Assembly (NCBI GenBank): GCA_963758635.1
Contig: CAVWWD010000004.1
Coordinates: forward strand, 224,001-288,000
Direction of reading: 5' to 3'
DNA from: an uncultured Candidatus Rokubacteria bacterium
GTDB lineage: Bacteria > Methylomirabilota > Methylomirabilia > Rokubacteriales > CSP1-6
Length of the DNA: 64,000 nucleotides
Shown: piece after piece, positions 10,513-19,927 of the stretch
Position numbering within the stretch: the stretch's first letter is position 1
Layout of the letters: every line of letters begins with the position of its first letter
Program-made: the position numbers and the translations under genes
Notes under the pieces: generated by a model
The model's input: only the letters and a program-made list of their open reading frames with translations
Databases searched by the model: none
Told to the model about the DNA's origin: nothing

Positions 10513-12216
10513 ATGCGGCTCGGAACCGGATCGCCGGCCGTACGCACCCGGCTCGTCACGGGCCTCATCCTCTTCACCTACGTCACGACCCACTACCTGA
10601 ACCACGCCCTCGGCCTCGTCTCGCTCGACACCATGGACGAGGGCCGGCTCTGGTTCCTCGCCCTCTGGCGCAATCCCGTCGGGACGGTGGCCCTCTACGG
10701 CGCGCTCCTCACCCACTTCTCGCTCGCCCTCTGGTCCATCTACCGTCGCCGCACGCTGGCCATGCCTCCATGGGAGGCCCTCCAGCTCCTGCTGGGGCTC
10801 TGCATCCCGCCGCTCCTCATCGGCCACATCGTGGGCAACCGGATCGCGCACGACGCCCTCGGCACCATCAACGTCTACACGCGGCTGGTGCTCATCCTGT
10901 GGGAGCTGCGCCCCGACCTGGGCTGGAAGCAGGCGGTGCTCTTGTGCCTGGCGTGGACCCACGGGTGCATGGGGCTCCACTTCTGGCTTCGCTTCCGCCC
11001 CTGGTACCCGCGCGCGGCGCCCGTTCTCCTGTCCCTGGCCGTGCTGCTGCCCGTGCTCGCGCTCCTCGGATTCGCCGAGGCCGGGCGCGAGGTGTCGGCG
11101 CTGGCCCGCCAGCCGGGCTGGGTCGCCTCGGTCATGCAGGCCGTGGACCACCCGGACGCCTCCGGGCAGGCGTGGCTCCGCGACGTCACCGACGCGTGCC
11201 TGGCCCTCTTCGCCGCGTGCGTGGCCGGCGCGCTCGTGGCGCGCGGCGCTCGGCGGCTGGCGCTCGGGCGTCGCGGGCGCGTGCGCGTCGCGTACCCGGG
11301 CCCGCGCGAGGTGACGGTGCCGGCGGGCTTCACCGTGCTCGAGGCGAGCCGGCACGCGGGCATCCCGCACGTGTCCGTGTGCGGCGGGCGGGGCCGCTGC
11401 TCGACCTGCCGCGTCCGCGTGGGCCGCGGCCGCGAGTGGCTGCCCGCGCCGAGCGCGGCGGAGCAGCGCGTTCTCGACCGCGTGGGCGCGCCGGCCGACG
11501 TGCGGCTTGCCTGCCAGCTCCGCCCGGTGCGCGCGGTGGCCGTGACGCCGATCCTGGCCGTGGCCCCCGCGCGCGTCCTCGCGCCCGACGCCAAGCCGCG
11601 CCGGGCCGGACAGGAAATCGAGATCGCCGTGCTCTTCGCCGATCTCCGCGGCTTCACGCGCATGGCCGAGCACCGGCTGCCCTACGACGTCGTGTTCTTC
11701 CTGAACCGGTACTTCGACGCCGTGGGCAGCGCGATCGACCATGCGGGCGGCGTGGCCAACCAGTTCACCGGCGACGGCGTGATGGCGCTGTTCGGCGTGG
11801 ACAGCGGCCCGGAGGCGGGAAGCCGGCAGGCGCTGATCGCCGCCGGCGCCATGGAGGACGCCCTGGCGGAGCTGTCGGCGCAGCTCTCGGCCGAGCTGCC
11901 CGAGCCCCTGCGCCTGGGTATCGGCATCCACACCGGCCCCACCGTGGTGGGCGACATGGGCTACGGCGAGGGCCTCTACCTCACCGCGGTGGGGGACACG
12001 GTGCACGTGGCCGCGCGGCTCGAGCAGCTCACCAAGCAGTACGAGTGCGAGCTGGTGATCTCCGAGGACGTGGCCCGCCGGGCCGGGCTGGACGCCTCGA
12101 GCTATCCCCGGCACGAGCTGACCCTCCGGAACCGGACCGCGCCGCTCGACGTGCGGATCATCGCCAGGGCGGGCGACGTGGCCGCGGTCATGCGCCGGCG
12201 CGAGGCCGCGGTGTGA
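10513..12216 (+). CDS. CyaC-like membrane cyclase: His-containing (heme b-type) membrane domain, 2Fe-2S ferredoxin and class III adenylate/guanylate cyclase
   Basis: TM helices with His (THYLNH, TH, GH, TH); CGGRGRCSTC...RLAC ferredoxin motif; LFADLRGFT, GDGVMALFG, GIGIHTG. Confidence 0.9.
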   Translation: MRLGTGSPAVRTRLVTGLILFTYVTTHYLNHALGLVSLDTMDEGRLWFLALWRNPVGTVALYGALLTHFSLALWSIYRRRTLAMPPWEALQLLLGLCIPPLLIGHIVGNRIAHDALGTINVYTRLVLILWELRPDLGWKQAVLLCLAWTHGCMGLHFWLRFRPWYPRAAPVLLSLAVLLPVLALLGFAEAGREVSALARQPGWVASVMQAVDHPDASGQAWLRDVTDACLALFAACVAGALVARGARRLALGRRGRVRVAYPGPREVTVPAGFTVLEASRHAGIPHVSVCGGRGRCSTCRVRVGRGREWLPAPSAAEQRVLDRVGAPADVRLACQLRPVRAVAVTPILAVAPARVLAPDAKPRRAGQEIEIAVLFADLRGFTRMAEHRLPYDVVFFLNRYFDAVGSAIDHAGGVANQFTGDGVMALFGVDSGPEAGSRQALIAAGAMEDALAELSAQLSAELPEPLRLGIGIHTGPTVVGDMGYGEGLYLTAVGDTVHVAARLEQLTKQYECELVISEDVARRAGLDASSYPRHELTLRNRTAPLDVRIIARAGDVAAVMRRREAAV

Positions 12217-12252
12217 CGCGCGGCGCGCCCGGACGGCGCGCGCTGGCTCACC

Positions 12253-14558
12253 GTGGTGCTCGGCCTGAGCGCGGCGGTGCTGATCGCGCTCGCCGCGGGC
12301 CTGGCCGCGCAGGTCGGCCGGCCGTATCCCGGCTTCTTCATCGCGCTGGACCACAGGATCTTCCCGGTGGAAGCGCGCGCGGCCGGGCTCGCCTACGGCG
12401 ATCGCATCGTGGCGGTGGACGGCCGCTCTCCGATGACCCTGGCCGCGCGCGTGACGGAGGCGTCCGGGCCCATCCGCTACGACGTGGAGCGCGACGGCCG
12501 ACGCTTCGTCGTGGACATTGCGCCGCGTCCCTTCACCCGGAGCCATCTCGTCGATCACTTCGCGGGCTACTTCGCGGTGTCCGCCGTCATGCTCGGTCGC
12601 CGGCGTGGCGGTGTTCCGCCAGAACCCCACGGCCCGCCCCAACCGGAACTTCCTCCTCTACATGTGCCTCTGGGCGACCTCGAACGTGGCCGTGCCCGAG
12701 GCCATCCTGAGCCCGCACCGCTACGGAGCGGCGCTGACCGGGTTCGTTCCCACGCTGCTCTCGATCCACGGGTGGGTGCTCTTCCTGACCTACCCGAGCA
12801 CGCCCGCGCGCGAGGCCTGGCTCGAGCGCCACCGCGTGGCGCCGCGGCTCTACCGCGCCGCCGTCGTCGTGGCGGCAGCCGTGTCGGTGGTGTTCACCGC
12901 CGTCTACCTCTCCGCCCCCGCGCTCCTCGCCGACGCTGGCCTCTACCGCGCCTTCCTCTCCTTCCAGTTCGGCCTCGCCGTGATCTCGTTTCCCATCAAG
13001 ATCGTGGCGCTGCTCGACACGCGGCGGCGCGCCGCGTCGCCCCTGGTCAACCAGCAGACCACCGTGCTGCTCCTCGGCATCGGGCTCGGGCTGGGCGGCT
13101 GGCTCGCCTTCATGCTGACGCCGCTCACGCACTTCTGGCAGGGGCCGGTGGACCCGCAGGTGGGCTCCGCGCTGGTGCTCCTGTATCCGGCCGCGATCGC
13201 CTACGCGACCGTCCGCTACCGGCTCTTCGACGCCTCGGTGGTGATCCGGCGCTCCGTCGTGTACACCGCGCTCGCCGCCCTCGTCACCGGCGCCTACGCC
13301 CTCCTGATCGCGGGGGCGAACGCGCTCCTCGCCCAGGCCGACCTCGTCCGCTCGCCGTGGTTCTCGGGCGCGTTCATGTTCGCGCTCGTGCTCGCCTTCA
13401 ACCCGCTGCGGGATCGCGTCCAGCGCGCGGTGGACCGGACCTTCTTCCGCGAGCGCTCCGACCACGCGCGCACCATCCAGGCCCTCGCGCGCTCGATGCG
13501 GAGCCTGCTCGACCTCGACGAGATCACGCGGCGCCTCACCACGACGATCGAGACCGCCATGCACGCGCGCGACGCGCGGCTGGCCCTGGGCCCGCCGGAC
13601 GCCGACCTCGCCCGGGTCCTCGCCGCCGCGCCGGGGGCGCTCTCGCGCTACCAGGTGGCGGCCGACCCGAGGTTCGCGGCGCTGGGGCCCGCCGGGCGCC
13701 GCGCCTGGGAGGCTCTCGACGCCGAGGTGGCGGTGCCGCTCCGCTTCCAGGACGAGCCACGCGGGCTCCTGCTCCTCGGGCCCAAGCGCTCGGAGGCGCC
13801 CTACACGGCCGAGGACCTGGAGGCGCTCGAGACGCTGGCCGACCAGGCGGCGGTGGCGGTGGCCAACGCCGAGGCCCACCGGCAGGTCCTCGACTACGCG
13901 CGACAGCTCGAGCGGAGCCTCCTGATCCGCACGAGCCTCGCCAAGTTCGTGCCCCAGCGCGTGCGCGAGCTGATCGAGGAGTCGCCGGAGGCGCCGTCGC
14001 TCGACAAGCGGGAAACCGACGTTCTCGGTGCTCTTCGCCGACATCACCGGCTACACGCGCCTGTCCTCCCGGCTGGCGCCCGACACGCTGGACGCGCTGG
14101 TCGAGCGCTACTTCGGCGCGTTCCTGGACGAGATCGTCAAGCACGGCGGCGACGTGAACGAGACGGCGGGCGACGGGCTGATGGTGATCTTCCACGAGGG
14201 CGACCACGCGCGGGCCGCGGTGGCGACGGCCCACGCCATCCACGCGCGCGCCGGCGAGCTGAACGCCGAGCTCGCCGCGCGCTCCGACCCGCTCGCCATG
14301 CACATCGGCGTGAACACGGGCCCGGCGCTGCTCGGCGCCACCAAGATCGAGGGCCGCGCGGGCACGCGGTGGACCTACACCGCCTCCGGCCTCACCACCA
14401 ACATCGCGGCCCGGCTCGCCGCGCTCGCCCAGGGCGGCCAGCTCCTCGTGAGCGCGGAGACGCGCGAGCGCCTGGGCGACGACGTCCCCGCCGAGGACCT
14501 CGGCATCCAGCCCCTCAAGAACGTGGAGCGCCCGGTCCGCGTCCTCCGCCTACGGTGA
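12253..14558 (+). CDS. Membrane sensor cyclase: PDZ-like, multi-TM, GAF-like and class III cyclase domains; frameshifts near 12597 and 14025
   Basis: Three ORF pieces join: AGLAYGDRIVAVDG (PDZ), TM region with YATVRYRLFD, GLLLLGPKRSEAPYTAED (GAF), LFADITGYT...GDGLMVIF...NIAARL. Confidence 0.85.
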
Positions 14559-14575
14559 TGGTTCTCACCTCACAA

Positions 14576-14610
14576 CCCTCTCCCCTCGGGGGAGAGGGCA
14601 GGGTGAGGGG
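14576..14610. repeat. REP-like palindromic element (CCCTCTCCCC-N-GGGGAGAGGG-CAGGGTGAGGGG)
   Basis: Perfect stem-loop directly after the cyclase stop; a widespread intergenic palindrome type. Confidence 0.65.
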
Positions 14611-14682
14611 CGGTGGCACAAGCACGCGGGCCGCGCGAGCTGGTTCGGAGATTCAGGAGTCCACCGGGTACACTCGCGGTCT

Positions 14683-15459
14683 ATGGACGCGACTCTGGTG
14701 GCGATGATCGCGGCCGCCCGCGCCGGCGGCGACGCGGCCGCCGCGCACTTCAGGCGTGGCGTGACGGCCAGCCTCAAGCCGGACCGCTCGCCCGTGACCG
14801 TCGCCGACCGCGAGGCCGAGGAGCTGATCGTCGCCCGGCTCGCCCGCGACTTCCCCGGGCACGGCTTCCTGGGCGAGGAGTCGGGCGCGTCGGGGCCCGA
14901 GGGCGCCCGCTTCATCGTGGACCCGATCGACGGGACGCGGAACTTCGTCCGCGGCATTCCGTTCTGGGCCACGCTCGTCGCCCTCGAGGAGGGCGGGCAG
15001 GTCACGGCCGGCGTCGTCTACCAGCCGGTGAGCGGCGACCTCCACGTGTGCCGGCGCGGCGCCGGCGCCTTCCTGAACGGCGCGCGCCTGCGCGTGTCGG
15101 CCGAGCCGGCGCTCGATCGCGCCATGCTCGTGCACCCGAGCCTGACCCTGCTGCGCGGGCCCGACCTGTGGCCGGGGTTCGTCCGCCTGATCGACGCCAC
15201 CGCGCGGCAGCGGGGCTTCGGCGACTTCCTCTGCTTCACCACCGTCGCCGAGGGCCGGGCCGAGATCGGCATCGGCTTGAACGTGAAGCCCTGGGACCTG
15301 GCGCCGCTCCGGCTCCTCGTGGAGGAGGCGGGCGGGCGCTTCACGAGCTGGGACGGCGTGCCGACCATCGCCACCGACCGCGCGGTGGCCACCAACGGCG
15401 CGCTCCACGACCGGACGCTGGCGCTGCTCGCGGGCGGCGCGCGCGAAGGAGAGCCATGA
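14683..15459 (+). CDS. hisN: Inositol monophosphatase family protein, probable histidinol-phosphatase
   Basis: SPVTVAD, GEE, DPIDGTRNFVRGIPFW, RGFGDF and PWDLA motifs. Confidence 0.75.
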   Translation: MDATLVAMIAAARAGGDAAAAHFRRGVTASLKPDRSPVTVADREAEELIVARLARDFPGHGFLGEESGASGPEGARFIVDPIDGTRNFVRGIPFWATLVALEEGGQVTAGVVYQPVSGDLHVCRRGAGAFLNGARLRVSAEPALDRAMLVHPSLTLLRGPDLWPGFVRLIDATARQRGFGDFLCFTTVAEGRAEIGIGLNVKPWDLAPLRLLVEEAGGRFTSWDGVPTIATDRAVATNGALHDRTLALLAGGAREGEP

Positions 15460-16518
15460 CCACCCTCGACGACCTCGACACCCCGGCGGTGACCGTGCAC
15501 CTGCCGGTGATGGAGGACAACATCCGCCGCGTTCAGGCCCTGCTCGCGAGGAACGGCCTCGGCAACCGCCCCCACATCAAGACGCACAAGATCCCCGCCA
15601 TCGGCAGGCTCCAGATGGCGGCGGGGGCGATCGGCATCACGTGCCAGAAGCTCGGCGAGGCCGAGGTGTTCGTCGACGCAGGCGTCGCCGAGGACGTCCT
15701 GGTCACCTACAACATCCTGGGCGCGGCCAAGCGCGAGCGGCTGATGGCGCTGGTCCCGCGCGTGCGCTCGCTCATGGTCGTGCTCGACAACGAGACGGTG
15801 GCGCGCGGCCTCTCCGAGGCGGCGTCGCACCACGGCCGGGACCTCGGCTTCCTCGTGGAGTGCGACACCGGCATGGGCCGGACCGGCGTGCAGACGCCGG
15901 AGGCGGCGCTGGACCTGGCGCGGACGGCCATGCGGCTGCCGCGCCTTCAGTTCCGCGGCCTCATGACGTTTCCGAACAAGGATCCCGACACGCGCGTGTT
16001 CTTCGAGCGCGCGCTCGCGATCTTCGGGAGCGCGGGCATCACGGTGCCCATCGTGTCCGGCGGCGGCACGCCGGCCCTCACCACGATCGAGCGCTTCCCG
16101 ATGCTCACCGAGCACCGCGCCGGGACCTGCGTCTACAACGACGCGATGGCGGTGACGTCGGGGGCGGCCACCTGGGATCAGTGCGCGATGCGGGTGCGGA
16201 CCACCGTGGTGAGCCGGCCCACGGCGGATCGCGCCGTGCTCGACGCGGGCTCGAAGGTCCTCACGTCCGACCAGTACTTCATGAAGGGCTTCGGCCACGT
16301 CATGCAGTACCCGGACGCGGCGATCGCGCACCTCTCCGAGGAGCACGCGGTGGTCGACCTCTCGGCGTGCCCGGAGCGGCCGCGGGTGGGCGACGTGGTC
16401 GACGTGGTGCCGAACCACTGCTGCGTCGTCACCAACATGGTCGACGAGATCCACGGGGTGCGCGAACGGCGCCGTCGAGGTCGTGTGGCCGGTGGCGGCG
16501 CGCGGCCGCGTCAGCTGA
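15456..16518 (+). CDS. D-threonine aldolase / DSD1-family PLP enzyme (alanine-racemase fold); frameshift near 16465
   Basis: LDTPAV, RPHIKTHK, TCQKLGEA, SGGGTP, DAGSK, LSEEH and PNHCC motifs. ATGA overlap with the upstream gene; the C-terminus EVVWPVAARGRVS* is in another frame. Confidence 0.9.
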
Positions 16519-16532
16519 GCGGCGGCCACGCC

Positions 16533-18157
16533 ATGCGCCGGCGCGGGGCCGGGCTCGTGGTGGACGCGCTGGCCTCGGCCGGCGTGCGCCACCTCTTCTC
16601 GCTCTCCGGCAACCAGATCCTGTCGGTCTACGACGCGAGCATCGGCAGCGGGATCGAGATCATCCACACGCGGCACGAGGCCGCGGCCGTGCACATGGCG
16701 GACGCGTGGGGCCGCCTCACCGAGGAGCCCGGCGTGGCCCTGGTGACCGCCGGCCCCGGCCACCTGAACGCGATCTCCGCGCTCTACGGGGCGCGCATGG
16801 CCGAGTCCCCGGTGGTCTTCCTGTCCGGCCACGCGCCGCTCGGCCTCGCCGGCCGCGGCGCCTTCCAGGAGATGGACCAGGTCGGCGCGGCCCGGCCCGT
16901 GACCAAGGCGGCGTGGGTCGCCCGGGACGCCGCGGCGATGGGCGACGACATCGCCCGCGCGCTCCACCTCGCGCAGAGCGGCCGGCCCGGGCCGGTGCAC
17001 GTGAGCCTGCCGTCCGATCTCCTCGAACGCGAGGTCGACGCGCCCGCCGCGGCTCCCGCGCGCGAGGCGGGGGCCGGCGAACCGCCCGCCGCGCTGGGCG
17101 CCGCGATCCGCGATGCGCTCGACCTGCTGTCCGCGGCCGAGCGCCCGCTCGTGCTCGTGGGGCCCGCGATGGGCCGCGGCCGCCGATGGCGGACGGTGGA
17201 GGCGCTCTCGGAGGCCACCGGGATTCCCGCCCTCCTGATGGAGAGCCCGCGCGGCGTGAACGACCCCTGGCTCCACCTCGCGTCCCGATCCCTCGCCGAA
17301 GCGGACGTCGTCCTGCTCCTCGGCAAGCGGATGGACTACTCGCTGCGCTTCGGTGAGCCGCCCGCGTTCGCGCGCGAGTGCCGCTTCATCCAGGTGGACG
17401 CCGACGCCGACGCGCTGGCCGCCCCCGAGCGGCTCGCGCTCGCCATCGCCGCCGAGCCCGAGCGGGCGGCGGTCGAGCTGGCCGCGGCCGCCCGTTCCCG
17501 GTCGTGGGCGCGCCGCGACTGGGGCGACCGGGTCATGGCGGCGCGCCGCGGCGAGCCGGCGGGCTGGGACGAGCTGCGGCGCTCCACGCGCCGGCCCATG
17601 CATCCGCTCCGCGTCTGTGCGGCCATGCAGCCGCTCTTCGACGACGGCGCCATCCTGGTATGCGACGGCGGCGAGTTCGGCCAGTGGGTGCAGGCCGGGG
17701 CCGAGGCGCGGACGCGGCTGATCAACGGGCTTTCCGGGTCCATCGGGAGCGCGCTGCCCATGGCGGCAGCGGCGCGGCTGGCCGCGCCGGACCGCGCCGT
17801 GGTGGCCGCGCTCGGCGACGGGACGTTCGGCTTCCACGCCCTCGAGCTGGACACCGCGGCCCGCTACCGCCTCCCCATCGTGGCGGTGGTGGGCAACGAC
17901 GCCCGCTGGAACGCCGAGCACCAGCTCCAGATCCAGCAGTACGGGGCGGAGCGCACGGTGGGCTGCGAGCTCTCGCCGACCCGCTACGACGAGCTGGCGC
18001 GTGCCCTCGGCGCCCACGGCGAGCACGTGGAGGCGGCCCGAGGATCTCGAGCCCGCGTTGGCGCGCGCGGTGAAGTCGGGGCTGCCCGGCGTGCGTCGAC
18101 GTGGCGATCGACGGCGTGGCCGCGCCGACCTACGGTACGGCTCGAGCCGGGCATTGA
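16533..18157 (+). CDS. Thiamine-pyrophosphate-dependent enzyme (acetolactate synthase/IlvB-like); frameshifts near 18030-18095
   Basis: [24 protein letters not shown] and [11 protein letters not shown] motifs; TPP motif GDGTFGF...VVGND. Confidence 0.9.
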
Positions 18158-18549
18158 CCGGCCGCGACACCGCGACGCCCGCCGGGCCCCGGCCGGATCA
18201 GACCTGGCTCCTGTGGGACGGCGCCTGAGACCTCTGACGACGGTCCGTCGCTTGGGTCAAGCGACAAGACTCCGGTGATCGCGTCCACGCCGTGCCCTAC
18301 CAGGAGGCTCCGTGGCCGCCGATGACGGCCGAGCTCGAGCGGCAGTGCGCCCGCGCCGCCCACGTGATCACTCCCGACGGCCGGACGCTCCGCGCCGGAC
18401 GGGCCAGCCTCCACGTGATGGGCCTCGTGGGGTGGCGCCGCTTCGCCGCGGTCTTCTCGACGCCGCCCCTCGTCTGGCTGGTCGAAGCCGGGTACTGGAT
18501 CGTCGCGCGGAACCGGGGCTTCTTCGGCCGCTTCCTCTTCCGCCGATGA
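18154..18549 (+). CDS. DCC1/DUF393 thiol-disulfide oxidoreductase, candidate selenoprotein with UxxU (TGA at 18226-18228 and 18235-18237)
   Basis: One continuous frame: TTG...WLLWDGA-TGA-DL-TGA-RRSVAWVKRQD...VPYQ...YWIVARNR. Both TGAs sit at the Cys positions of the family DGxCxxC motif. The TTGA start overlaps the upstream stop. Confidence 0.85.
18242..18271 (+). promoter_or_regulatory. Candidate bacterial SECIS hairpin
   Basis: Perfect 8-bp stem GTCGCTTG/CAAGCGAC (18247-18265) with loop GGT, plus a lower stem GGTC/GACT. The loop lies 26 and 17 nt after the two TGAs. Confidence 0.7.
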
Positions 18550-18562
18550 GGTAGGGCTGATC

Positions 18563-19717
18563 GTGACCCAGGCCGATCAGCTGGCGCGATGGGTCGCGCT
18601 GGCGATGGCGGCGGGCTTCGCGCTCTCGCCCGGGCTGTGGGTCTCGACCCGCGCCTATCCGCTGGTGCCGGTGTCCGGCCGCTTGCCCCGCATCCCGTAT
18701 CCGGTCGACGTCGTCGCGTTCGGTGCGCTCTGGGCTCTCCTGGGCCTGATCGCGCTGGCGGGGGCCTTCGCGCCAGGCCTGCTCGCCTTCGTCGCGCTCG
18801 CCGGCGCGCTCAGCCTCTGGGATCAATCGCGATGGCAGCCGTGGTTCTACCAGTACGTGATCATGCTGGCGGCCCTCGGGCTCCACCCGTGGACCGGCGC
18901 GGCGCTCGACACGTGCCGGGCCATCGTGGCGGCCACCTACCTGTGGAGCGGCTTCCAGAAGGTCAACACCAGCTTCGCGCGCGTGACCTTTCCGTGGCTC
19001 GTCGCGCCGATGACCGAGCGGCTCCCGGTCGGGCTCGCGAGGACGGTCGCGTGGAGCGGGCCCGCGGTGGCGCTCGGGGAGGCGGCCATCGGCGTCGGAC
19101 TGCTCGTGGAGCCGCTCCGGGACGTGGCGGTGGTGGCGGCGGTGCTGATGCACGCGACCATTCTCTTGTGCCTGGGGCCGCTCGGCCACCGCGTCAACAC
19201 GGTCGTGTGGCCGTGGAACGTCGCAATGGCGGCGTTCGTCCTCGTCCTCTTCTGGCGGGCGCCGGACGTGTCGACCAGCCGGATCCTCTCCGTGGATCCC
19301 GGGGTGTTCCACGCGCTCGTGGTCCTGCTATTCGGCCTCCTGCCCGCGCTGAGCTTCGTGAACTGCTGGGACTCGTACCTGTCGGCCGCCCTCTACTCCG
19401 CGAATCTCAAGTCGGGCGTGATCTACCTGACCGAGGCGGGGCGGGCCGCGCTCCCGGTGGCCGTAGAGCGCTACGTGGAGCCCGGCGCGGACGGCCGGCT
19501 CGAGCTCTCGCTGTCGCGGTGGTCGTCGGGCGAGACCAACGTGCCCGTCTATCCGGAGGTGCGGGTCTTCAAGGCCCTCGCGCGGGAGGTTTGCCGGCAC
19601 GCGGGCGACGTCGAGCTGGTCGTGCGCTACCGCTCGCTCGCGCGCCTCGTCCGCCGGCGCTCGACGGCGGACCCCGGCGCGCGGGTGATCGTGCGCTACC
19701 GCTGCGGCTCGCTGTGA
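18563..19717 (+). CDS. Polytopic membrane protein, HTTM / vitamin-K-dependent carboxylase-like (DoxX-like core)
   Basis: Multiple TM helices; DQSRWQPWFYQY, YLWSGFQK, GEAAIG, MH and WDSYLS motifs. Confidence 0.6.
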   Translation: MTQADQLARWVALAMAAGFALSPGLWVSTRAYPLVPVSGRLPRIPYPVDVVAFGALWALLGLIALAGAFAPGLLAFVALAGALSLWDQSRWQPWFYQYVIMLAALGLHPWTGAALDTCRAIVAATYLWSGFQKVNTSFARVTFPWLVAPMTERLPVGLARTVAWSGPAVALGEAAIGVGLLVEPLRDVAVVAAVLMHATILLCLGPLGHRVNTVVWPWNVAMAAFVLVLFWRAPDVSTSRILSVDPGVFHALVVLLFGLLPALSFVNCWDSYLSAALYSANLKSGVIYLTEAGRAALPVAVERYVEPGADGRLELSLSRWSSGETNVPVYPEVRVFKALAREVCRHAGDVELVVRYRSLARLVRRRSTADPGARVIVRYRCGSL

Positions 19718-19871
19718 GCCGGGACCGGGACGCCGGCCCCCGCCGCTCAGCGCCGCGCGCTGGCCCAGTCGTCGATCCGCACGCGCCCGACCAGGGCGTA
19801 CGTGCCCGTGGTTGCGCGATCGGGTCGGGCATCTCTCCCGTACTGCTTCGGGATGGCGGTTGGTTCCACTG

Positions 19872-19913
19872 CATTCCCATCTGCGCTCCGCTCGCCTCCG
19901 GCTCGCTGCGCAA
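19872..19913 (+). repeat. Dispersed intergenic repeat family A, copy 1
   Basis: 33/42 nt identical (manual alignment) to 46194-46235; lies between convergent genes. Confidence 0.55.
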
Positions 19914-19927
19914 TTCGCGCCGCATGG

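Noticed and set aside
18226..18237. The two TGAs as nonsense mutations or genome-wide TGA reassignment
   Set aside because: TGA ends many other genes in this window and Trp is encoded by TGG, so it is not reassigned. The exact match to both Cys positions plus the hairpin argues against random decay.
14613..18278. 1221-aa ORF suggesting a PLP-aldolase/TPP-enzyme fusion
   Set aside because: An indel near 16465 removes the aldolase stop. The proper C-terminus ends at 16518 and the TPP gene has its own ATG at 16533.
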